Virus record (IMG/VR): IMGVR_UViG_3300024331_000207
Span: 1 to 64,000 of that record
Length of the DNA stretch: 64,000 nucleotides
Direction: 5' to 3' (one strand)
From: a virus
Taxonomy: Duplodnaviria > Caudoviricetes
Below the pieces are notes generated by a model. That model ran no database searches, was not told the origin of the DNA, and worked only from the letters and a program-made list of their open reading frames with translations. The number at the start of each line of letters is the position of its first letter. Position 1 is the first letter of the stretch. This document shows, piece after piece, positions 47,925-55,758 of this stretch. The translations under genes were made by a program, and so were the position numbers.

Positions 47925-48659
47925 TCATGCCGCCACCCGGAACAGGGTCCCGACCCACTGCGTGAACTGCGGCGGGATCGCCTCCTTGACGTGCTCGCGG
48001 TCAGCCATCCAGTCGATCTGCATGGCCTCGTTGACCACGGCCCGCCGCTCGTGGCCGCTGACCGACACGTACTTGCCCGGCACCCAGTGACCCGCCCGCG
48101 CGGCCGTCACCGGGTGCGCCCAGCCGCAGTGCGGGTTGGGCCGCACCGACCGGGCACTGGCGCCTGGCGGCACGGCCCAGGCGGCCGGCTTCTCCGGCGC
48201 CGTCAGCTTCCAGCCGCCGGAGCGGAACAGCCGGTGCCGGTACAGCCGCAGGCCGAACATGGCGCCGCACAGCGTCACCGCGCCCGGCAGCAGGGCGCGC
48301 GTGCCGCGGGACACGATGTTCTCTATCACGTACGGCACCCCTGACGCCTCCAGCAGCGGCAGCGACGGGGTGATGAGGTCGGGGTACTCCTCGCTCAGCC
48401 CCGGCCTGCAGTTCGCCATCCGTGACCACCGCTGGCACGGCGGGCTGATGTGGATCAGGTCGAACTCCTGCAGGAAGCCGGGGTCCTGCAGCACCTCCAG
48501 CGCGTCCTCGTGCAGGAAGATGCCGCGGTCGCCGACCGCCCGGCTGAAGTCCCCCCGCATCCCGGCGTCGCTGTCCACCCCGACCACGATCCCCGCCCCG
48601 GCCCGCAGGTACCCGCGGGCGGCCCCGCCGCCGCCACAACAGATGTCTATGATGCGCAT
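47925..48659 (-). CDS. C5 DNA cytosine methyltransferase
   Basis: DICCGGGG motif I, SPPCQ motif IV, VIENI motif VI, R.R motif VIII. Confidence 0.85.
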   Translation of the reverse strand: MRIIDICCGGGGAARGYLRAGAGIVVGVDSDAGMRGDFSRAVGDRGIFLHEDALEVLQDPGFLQEFDLIHISPPCQRWSRMANCRPGLSEEYPDLITPSLPLLEASGVPYVIENIVSRGTRALLPGAVTLCGAMFGLRLYRHRLFRSGGWKLTAPEKPAAWAVPPGASARSVRPNPHCGWAHPVTAARAGHWVPGKYVSVSGHERRAVVNEAMQIDWMADREHVKEAIPPQFTQWVGTLFRVAA

Positions 48660-49120
48660 GGGCAGTACTCCCCGTAGTGCTGTAGCTCGGCCGCCCGCCT
48701 GGCTTCTATGGCCTCCTCCTTTGTGCGGAACAGGCCGAGATAGAGGTTGCGCCGGTCCACCGTAATCTGCGCAATCCAGCGGTTCTTCCTGCGCGCAACC
48801 CCCCGTACGCCTGAGGTGTTATTCCGGTTGAGCCTATGCCGGTTGACCTGATTGACGTGGCCTGTCACCACCCGCAGGTTGGCTGACCGGCGATTGTCTA
48901 GCTGGTCGCCGTTGATGTGATCTACCATCATCCCCGCTGGGATGGCGCTCTGGGCCTGCATCAGGTGGGTGTGCAGCCGGCGCACAACGTTGCGACCGTC
49001 GCCCCAGACGGAGAAAGTGGCATAGCCGAGCTGGTCCCGGTAGATCGTGAGACCGGCCACCAGAGGGGCATCCTCATCGTCGATGAGCGTGAAGCCGCCA
49101 TTGCTCAGCGGAATCCTCAT
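48647..49120 (-). CDS. HNH-AP2 homing endonuclease
   Basis: DHINGDQLDNR..NLR; NNTSGVRGV...WIAQI...YLGLF..KEEA. Confidence 0.88.
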   Translation of the reverse strand: MRIPLSNGGFTLIDDEDAPLVAGLTIYRDQLGYATFSVWGDGRNVVRRLHTHLMQAQSAIPAGMMVDHINGDQLDNRRSANLRVVTGHVNQVNRHRLNRNNTSGVRGVARRKNRWIAQITVDRRNLYLGLFRTKEEAIEARRAAELQHYGEYCPCAS

Positions 49121-49450
49121 GCCCCCTCCGGTGCGTGCTGCGGGCACCAGTCGGTCCCGAACGAGCGGCCGAGTGGGCTGGACACATGCGTCCACCCGCT
49201 GCGGGCCGCCTGCGCGCGTACCGCCGAGGGCGGGCAGGACGCGAGGGCGAACTCGCCGGGGAACCGGTTCCGGCAGGCTCCGTGGTTGCATATCAGGAAG
49301 TACCGGCGGTACGCGACGGCAGTCACGACCTGCTCCGCTCCTCGGCCGCCTCGCAGAACCGCTGCTCGAACTCCTGCAGGCTGTCGCATTCCTGCACCAT
49401 GTCCAGCACCTCCTGGGCGCTGAACGGCACCTTCCAGAACGAGAGCGTCG

Positions 49451-50440
49451 TCATGACAACAGGGTAATGGTGACGGACGGTTTACCGTACTTAATAGGCG
49501 GCTCCGCGCCGGCCCGCGCGTAATCCTCTTCCACCTGCTTGCGGTCCAGCGAGCTGCGCCCCCTGGTCATCGTGATCCGCGCGGTCATCACGCCGGCCGT
49601 GACCTCCTGGCTCTCGCCCGGCCTGGTGACGGTGCGCAGCGCGTCCAGCGCGCCCTTCGCCTCCTCCTCCAGCGCCTCCGCGGCGGCCTTCGCCTCGCGG
49701 GCCGCGGCGAGCTGCTTCAGCCACCGCTCCGCGTCGGGGTCCTCCAAGTACAACACCGTCCGCGGGTCGCGCTCGGGCACGCCCCGCCCCCAGCACTCGG
49801 AAAAGAAAGGGCAGTTGCGGCAGTACGCGGAGTCGGGGCTGTAGTCCCGCGGCAGCGACTGCAGCGGCCCGCGCTTGACAGCCTCGACCCAGGCCAGGGC
49901 ATCCCGGACGTGCTGGAGCTTGAAGTCGTCCTCCCAGACGACCTCCTCGCCGTTCGACCGATCCAGGTAATTCAGCCGGATTCGCCTGACCTGGTGACCG
50001 CGGACAGTGAGCGCGGCGGCGTACAGGGAGCATTGCCAGACGTGCCGCGCGGGCGGTCCCTCGCGGCGAACCTTGTCGAGCTGGACGGCATAAGCAGTGG
50101 TCTTGAGGTCGACCACCAGTCCATCGTGGAACAGGTCCGGGTGACCGAGGAGGCCGGCGAAGGAAACCGCATCTTCGATGATCGCACTGTCGCCCAGGAC
50201 GGCACGCGCTGCATCAGCGAACACCAGGTGGATGGCCGTACCCATGACTGCGGGCGTGCTGCTGAGCTGTGCCGCGGGGAAGCCGGCAAGGCGGTAGCCG
50301 GCCTGACGGCGGCAACCGCCGATTTCACTCATGCCGAGTTCGCGCTGCTGGCTCCTGGGACGCGATGCGTCCCAGGAGCCTAGCAATTGAGTAGCGGTAG
50401 GTGTATCCATGAAGCACATCATGGACCGGGGGTCTGACAT
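49451..50440 (-). CDS. Cas4/RecB-like PD-(D/E)XK exonuclease
   Basis: SEIGGCRR, GTAIH, GHPD...DLKT, QCSLY, CRNCPF...C (four Cys); start 50440 or 50410. Confidence 0.85.
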   Translation of the reverse strand: MSDPRSMMCFMDTPTATQLLGSWDASRPRSQQRELGMSEIGGCRRQAGYRLAGFPAAQLSSTPAVMGTAIHLVFADAARAVLGDSAIIEDAVSFAGLLGHPDLFHDGLVVDLKTTAYAVQLDKVRREGPPARHVWQCSLYAAALTVRGHQVRRIRLNYLDRSNGEEVVWEDDFKLQHVRDALAWVEAVKRGPLQSLPRDYSPDSAYCRNCPFFSECWGRGVPERDPRTVLYLEDPDAERWLKQLAAAREAKAAAEALEEEAKGALDALRTVTRPGESQEVTAGVMTARITMTRGRSSLDRKQVEEDYARAGAEPPIKYGKPSVTITLLS

Positions 50441-50870
50441 TCCAGTCCCGCCACACCGCGCCACGCCCTGCGGAGCCGCTGCCTTGCCCGCCAGGCCGAA
50501 CCTATCCTGCCGCCCCTGCCGATGCGCCCCTTCCCTTGCCGACGCCATGCGCGCCTGTCCGCTGCTGCCGATGCTGGCCTGTCCGAACGACCCCTGTGCC
50601 TGCCGCGCCGGACCTATCCGCCCCTGCCAAGCCACGCCGCGCCCAGCCATGCCGGGCCGGTCCCGTCCTCACCTGACCACGCCTGCCAGGCCTTGCCTTG
50701 CCGAACCCCGCCCCTGCAGGCCTTGCCGCGCCTGGCCTCACCTGACCTTGCCTGCCGATCCGCGCCTAGCCCGTCCCTGCCGTGCCAAGCCCTTCCCAGC
50801 CGAGCCGTGCCTAGCCAACCCTGCCATGCCGAGCCTTGCCTGGCCGGACCCTGCCTATCCGTGTCCATCC
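50441..50870 (-). ncRNA. GGNNN pentamer array, GGCA-delimited; putative guide-RNA array
   Basis: - strand units of 7, 13, 13, 11 and 4 pentamers each closed by GGCA, then a degenerate tail; co-oriented with the RAMP-like gene. Confidence 0.85.
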
Positions 50871-50887
50871 CTATTCGTGAGCCGGGC

Positions 50888-51367
50888 TCACTCGCCAGAT
50901 GCCGCTGCGTCCTGTTCACCCATCATGCTTCGCAGCGCGGCCCAGAATTCGGGCAGCGCCTGGTACCGTGCCCGGAGTGCGGCTATCTCTCTCGCCATCC
51001 GGCTGAGGAGGATGCGCCGCTCCAGGTCGGTTATCGATTCGGCCGCGACGTACGTGCCTGGCGGCACCGTCCGGCCGACGTTGCGGCCCGCCTGGTACTC
51101 GCGCAGCAGGTACTGGCGCACCTCGCCGTCGGCAGCCTCCTCCAGGACCTTGAGCCGGCAGCTGCGGATGAGCGCCGTCGCCTGCGCGAACCTGTACCGT
51201 TCGGCAGCCTCGGCGTCGTTCCAGGTGAACCGGTCATGCAACGGGCTCCCGTCCGGCCGGGCCGCCTCAAGAACCGCGAACGCTGACACATTACCGCCCT
51301 CGTCCGCAAGCTGCCGGATCTCCCGGCGGACGGGATCGTCAGGCTGGATGACCCTGATCACGGTCAC
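50888..51367 (-). CDS. partner protein of the RAMP-like gene
   Basis: GTGA overlap with upstream stop; VLEAAR..SPLHDRFTWND.EAAERYR..QA..LIR. Confidence 0.8.
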   Translation of the reverse strand: MTVIRVIQPDDPVRREIRQLADEGGNVSAFAVLEAARPDGSPLHDRFTWNDAEAAERYRFAQATALIRSCRLKVLEEAADGEVRQYLLREYQAGRNVGRTVPPGTYVAAESITDLERRILLSRMAREIAALRARYQALPEFWAALRSMMGEQDAAASGE

Positions 51368-52044
51368 AGCGTGACCTTGGTGATTTTGGCGTCCGCTGGC
51401 ACCGTGAAGGTGCCGTAGCTGCCAGTCTTGGATTCCTTGGAGCCGGGGCGCCACTCGCCGAGGCCGCTCAGTCCGGCCGCGTCGACCAGCGCGACGATGG
51501 TGTCGCTCTTATACAGGGCCGACGGGTAGGTGACGCTGAGGACCGCGCTCCACGGGGAATACTGCGGCCGGAAGCGGATGTCGGCTACGCCTGACTCGTT
51601 CCTGGCGTAATCCTGCCGCATCGTCGGCTCGGCGGGCTTGAGTGTCGCAGGGTCACCCGTCCACTCGCCGTAGATCGGCACCAGGAGATCGCCGTCCTCA
51701 CCGCCTTCGCCGTGCACGAAGATCGTCCGCTTGAGTGACTCCATGGTCAGCTTCTGTCCGGGGAAAAACCGCGCGGCGTCAACGACCGCGCCCTTGAATG
51801 CGACAGCCGGCATCCCGGAGCGACCGTCGGCGAAGAGGTGCATGGCTCCGCGGAACATCTCCTCGGGGTTCTTGTGCTCGCGCTGGACGACTTCGCCCAT
51901 CTGCTTTGCCAGCATCTGCGCCTGGGCCTTGGCGCTGAATTTGTTAACGATCAGGGGGGTGAGTCCCTGGATCGGAATGCTGAGCGTTGCACGCCCGATG
52001 CGCTGCAGGGTGATCTGCGGCGGCTGCTGGGCACGTGGTGGCAT
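51364..52044 (-). CDS. RAMP/Cas7-like RNA-binding protein (Vipr-like)
   Basis: IQGLTPLIV first strand, GMPAVAFKGAV (cf. IPGSSLKGA), C-terminal Gly loop AGLSGLGEWRP...GSYGTF; GGAGG RBS. Confidence 0.75.
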   Translation of the reverse strand: MPPRAQQPPQITLQRIGRATLSIPIQGLTPLIVNKFSAKAQAQMLAKQMGEVVQREHKNPEEMFRGAMHLFADGRSGMPAVAFKGAVVDAARFFPGQKLTMESLKRTIFVHGEGGEDGDLLVPIYGEWTGDPATLKPAEPTMRQDYARNESGVADIRFRPQYSPWSAVLSVTYPSALYKSDTIVALVDAAGLSGLGEWRPGSKESKTGSYGTFTVPADAKITKVTL

Positions 52045-52253
52045 GATGCCCTCCGTGATCGCTAGGCTGTCGCCGGTATTCCGACCGCTTGTCGGCCGGC
52101 CGCCTCGACGGCTACTGTAGCGCATGCGTTATGCTTCATGTACCCCGTTCAACAGAAGGGGTCTGACACTCCAGCGAGAGGAGACGGCATGCTGAACCGG
52201 CATCTCATGCCCAGAGGCTAAGGAGCCAGCATGAGAGGGGGTGAGATCACCCC

Positions 52254-52403
52254 ATGCCACCGCACAAGGGCGGGAAGAAAAACCGCAAGCACAACCGGAA
52301 CCGCAAGAAGTGCGCCAGGTACGCCGCCGAGCACCGGCGGACGAAGAACAACCCGGCGCGCACGCAGCGGAACCCGGAAAGGACGCCGCACAGTGGCAGG
52401 TAA
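52254..52403 (+). CDS. small highly basic peptide (49 aa; not in ORF track)
   Basis: MPPHKGGKKNRKHNRNRKKCARYAAEHRRTKNNPARTQRNPERTPHSGR; GGGGGTGA RBS. Confidence 0.45.
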   Translation: MPPHKGGKKNRKHNRNRKKCARYAAEHRRTKNNPARTQRNPERTPHSGR

Positions 52404-52753
52404 ACTGAGGGCGGATGCCCTTCGCACCCTGGGAGCAGCCCCGGCCAGGCGCCGGGGCTGCTCGCTTCCCGGGTCACCGCTCCTTCGCCCGCTGCATCTC
52501 AACCAGCCACTCCTGGTCCGCGAGCCCGCACATCTCCAGGAGGTCGTGCCGCTCCCCGCGGTCCGCCGCATGGTCGTCCAGGGTCAGCGCGGCAGCAAGC
52601 CGGCACGCCGGCGGCACATCGTAGGGGGCGAGCGCGTCGCCCGCCAGCTTGTCCCGGCCCATCAGTCGCCCTTCTGCTTCACGGCTCAAGTGTAGCGCAC
52701 TGTTTTCACGGCCACTCTTGCGCGGAGCGTAGCAGCGGCGTTACGATCCGCGC

Positions 52754-53278
52754 ATGACAACGATACGCAAACTCACGGTCACAGCAGCCGCCCTCGCCCT
52801 GGCAGCAGCCGGGTCCGCGGCCGCAGCCACCTCGGCGCCGGCTGCCCATGCGGCCATCACCGGCGAGATCCAGCTCGCTGAGGCGCCCACCTGGTGCATC
52901 ACCGCCCTCAACGGGCTCAAGGCCGGCAGCGAACTTGTGCTCGGCGGCTGCGCGCAGGCGCAGTCGCAGATCTTCGCGCTCAACGGCGCAGGGGAACTCG
53001 TCAACGAGCAGGGCGGCCTGTGCGTCACCTACAACGGCGCCAACCACGCCGGTGATGGCAACTTCGGCCTGCTCGGGAACTGCGTGAGCGCGCAGAGCCA
53101 GATCTTCAGCGAAGAGCAGGTCTCCGGCGGCGTGCACTGGGTCATGCCCTACCGCGTGGACTCCGCCGGCCATCACTGGACCGTGGACCTGAAGAACAAC
53201 TTCATCGGGTTCAACTCCCACATCGACGAGGCCGGGGACGGCAACTACCCCTCAGAGAGGTGGGCCGGCCTCGGCTAG
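52754..53278 (+). CDS. secreted ricin-B lectin-like protein, leaderless
   Basis: signal peptide ending AHA; repeated C...C..AQSQIF; TACGAT-N6-ATG. Confidence 0.7.
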   Translation: MTTIRKLTVTAAALALAAAGSAAAATSAPAAHAAITGEIQLAEAPTWCITALNGLKAGSELVLGGCAQAQSQIFALNGAGELVNEQGGLCVTYNGANHAGDGNFGLLGNCVSAQSQIFSEEQVSGGVHWVMPYRVDSAGHHWTVDLKNNFIGFNSHIDEAGDGNYPSERWAGLG

Positions 53279-53494
53279 CCCTGCGGGCGGGTCCCGGAAC
53301 TCCCTGACCCGCCCCTCGTTGTCGAGCGGCACGTCTCCCGCGATGTGCAGCACGTCCGGGTTATCCGGGTCGATGCCGAACACGTGCGTCTCGTCCACCA
53401 TGGAGACGTCGAGGATGACTGCCTCGTCGATGATCCGGATGCCGGCCCCGTCCAGGTGGCTGTTGATCACCAGCAGCCGCGTGCACAAGATCAC
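53252..53494 (-). CDS. hypothetical protein
   Basis: coupled ORF; good codon bias. Confidence 0.5.
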   Translation of the reverse strand: MILCTRLLVINSHLDGAGIRIIDEAVILDVSMVDETHVFGIDPDNPDVLHIAGDVPLDNEGRVREFRDPPAGLAEAGPPL

Positions 53495-53957
53495 GGCACC
53501 AGGCTGACTGACGGGGGCAATATCATCATGACCTGCCGCTGCTGTGCCTCGATCCTCGCCATGGCCTCGCTAAATCCGACGGCGGGGTGCACCGGGCACG
53601 GCCAGGCGCTTCGCCGCCTGCACAGGCACACGTGCGGATCGGGCTCGAAACCGGTCGGCGCCGGCATCATGGGCATGCCGACAGGCCGTACCTGCTGCGG
53701 CTCGTTCCAGTCAGGCGCGGGCAGCGTCAGGCCGAGCATCAGCCGCGCTATCAGGCGGCCTGGCCAGGCGGGGCCGATCTGAGCGCCGCTGCCTGAGCTA
53801 CTCACCAGCCCCCCGCCGCCGCTCGTAGATCCTCTTCTCCAGCCACCCGTAGGCCATTCGCCGGCCCGCGGGCGTGTCCAGCGGCAGGTCCGGGATGGGC
53901 AGGTCCAGCTCCCGGCACTCGGCGAACTGCCTCGCCAGCGCGTCGGCCAGCTCGGCA

Positions 53958-55055
53958 TCATCCACCGAACAGCACCCCCGCCAGCTCCGGGTCGGCCTCG
54001 CGAATCTTCTGCCGCCACACCTCCACCCGGTCGGCCAGCGCCACCGGCCCGGCCTCGGTGTCGGCGCCCTTGACGGTGGCCATGTCGGTGACCATCCGGC
54101 TCACCTCGTCCGAGGTAAGGTCGCTGGCCGCCAGGATCGGCCGGCCGCAGAACGCCGTGCACGCCTCCAGTACCGCGGTCTTGTGCTTGCGGGGCAGCCA
54201 GCCGAACCTGGCGAACTCCTCAGACAGGCGCTGCTGCTCCTCGCGGGAGGCGGGGCCGGGCAGGCGCATGTCCGCCAGGTCCTCCTCGATTGCGGCGACC
54301 GCGTCGCCGCGGGTCTCGGCCTGCTCCAGCGGACCGCGATAGGACTTGTCCAGCTCCTGCAGCTCGGCCACCAGTGCCGGGGAGGGCCCCGGCTCCGAAG
54401 CGGGGGGCGACGGAGCCGGGGCGGCACCCGCAGCGGCAGCAGGCGCCGGCCCGCCCGGGGAAGGCGGCGGGCCCTGCGGGGAAGGGTCCTGCGGCGGCGC
54501 AGCCTCCATCAGGTCGAAGCCCATCGCCACCTCGGGGGCGCTGCGGCCGACGGCGCGCGCCGCTGCGCGCCAGAACAGCATGTCCTTCTGCCACAGCTGC
54601 CACGGCATCGGCTTGCCCTCGTATGACAGCGCGACGATCTCCCCGTCCTGCTCGGCGACCAGGCCGGCCGTCAGCGCGTCGGCGATGGTGAACGTTGCGC
54701 TGTAGTTGCGCGGGTTGTCCCCGCGCTTGATGAAGAACGTGCAGCCCTCGGCGGTCTCCTCCCACCAGTAGTCGTGCCCGGCCTTGCGCAGCCGGGCCAG
54801 CAGGTACCGGCCGCGCAGCTGCGGCTGCCCCCCGGCCGGGAAGTAGATCTCCCGCGCCGCCTGCACCAGCGACATGCCCATCTCGCGGGCCATCAGGTGC
54901 AGGTGCAGCACGTTCGCGGGCTTGCCGCGCAGCGCGGCGGGCAGCAGCCCGGACTGCGAGATCACGTCGCAGAAGCGCAGCGCCTGGTCCAGGTCAGTGA
55001 TGTCATCGAGGCTCACGGGCTGCGCCTGCCGACGGGCGGGGAGGTTTTCGGTCAC
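53958..55055 (-). CDS. recT: RecT-like ssDNA annealing protein
   Basis: SGLLPAALRGKPANV, FTIADALTAGL, W....DMLFWRA...APEV. Confidence 0.75.
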   Translation of the reverse strand: MTENLPARRQAQPVSLDDITDLDQALRFCDVISQSGLLPAALRGKPANVLHLHLMAREMGMSLVQAAREIYFPAGGQPQLRGRYLLARLRKAGHDYWWEETAEGCTFFIKRGDNPRNYSATFTIADALTAGLVAEQDGEIVALSYEGKPMPWQLWQKDMLFWRAAARAVGRSAPEVAMGFDLMEAAPPQDPSPQGPPPSPGGPAPAAAAGAAPAPSPPASEPGPSPALVAELQELDKSYRGPLEQAETRGDAVAAIEEDLADMRLPGPASREEQQRLSEEFARFGWLPRKHKTAVLEACTAFCGRPILAASDLTSDEVSRMVTDMATVKGADTEAGPVALADRVEVWRQKIREADPELAGVLFGG

Positions 55056-55087
55056 CCGGCTATCCTATGCCCGGCATAAAGCGTGCG

Positions 55088-55531
55088 CTACCCGGTTCGC
55101 CCTCTCCGCCCGTTCCGGCTGCCGTTGCCGTCCGCGGCCAGCCGCGGGTCGGCGCGCATCACCCGCAGCGACGTGATGAGGTAGCGGCGCTCGGCGTCGG
55201 TGGCGGCGGGGGTCTTCCACAGGTGCGCCTCGGTCTCGCCGGCGATCCAGGGCGGCATCCGTTCGCGGCCGAGCAGGTCGTGCCGCATGCGCAGGGCTTT
55301 CGCGATATCGTCGCGGCCCAGCTCCCGGGCGGTCTCGGGACGGATCTCCAGGGCGTCCAGCATCCTGGCCACCGTGCCCGCCGGCGCCGGCTCGCCGTGC
55401 TCGATCTGCCGCCACCGGGACTTGGAGATACCCGATTCACGGCCGGCGTCTTCCTGGCTCCAGCCCAGCTCCTCGCGCTGGAGCCTGATAAGATTCGCCA
55501 GCCGTCCGTCCGATTGAGGGGTGCCCCGCAT
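55088..55531 (-). CDS. XRE-family repressor-like protein
   Basis: REELGWSQEDAGRESGISKSRWRQIEHG; at the divergence point. Confidence 0.75.
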   Translation of the reverse strand: MRGTPQSDGRLANLIRLQREELGWSQEDAGRESGISKSRWRQIEHGEPAPAGTVARMLDALEIRPETARELGRDDIAKALRMRHDLLGRERMPPWIAGETEAHLWKTPAATDAERRYLITSLRVMRADPRLAADGNGSRNGRRGRTG

Positions 55532-55559
55532 GGCTCTCTCCTGCCCTGTGACGGGTGCG

Positions 55560-55632
55560 CTACCCAAGCATATCGCACATTAAACGGTCCTTAACTAGTT
55601 CTTAGTAAAGATTAGTGGCGCAAATTAACCCG
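55560..55632. promoter_or_regulatory. AT-rich divergent promoter region
   Basis: TTAACTAGTTCTTAGTAAAGATTAGT...AAATTAA in a GC-rich genome, at the strand switch. Confidence 0.55.
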
Positions 55633-55758
55633 AAGTGCTTGTCCTGCCCGCTGCCAGGGGATAAAAAGGGCAGCAGCAGACCTTCCGGGAGCGTCCGAAG
55701 GACCGCCCGGGGGGCCTGCCGCCAACAGCGCGGGAGCAAGGGGGGCACGGTGGCGGTA

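Noticed and set aside
50441-50870. Self-target of the decoded guides within this window
   Set aside because: A gapped-pattern search cannot be done reliably by eye; no target is claimed
50409-51374. Track ORFs over the 50-kb array and the N-terminal 70 aa of ORF 49451-50650
   Set aside because: Low-complexity products of the repeat; the nuclease more plausibly starts at 50440 or 50410
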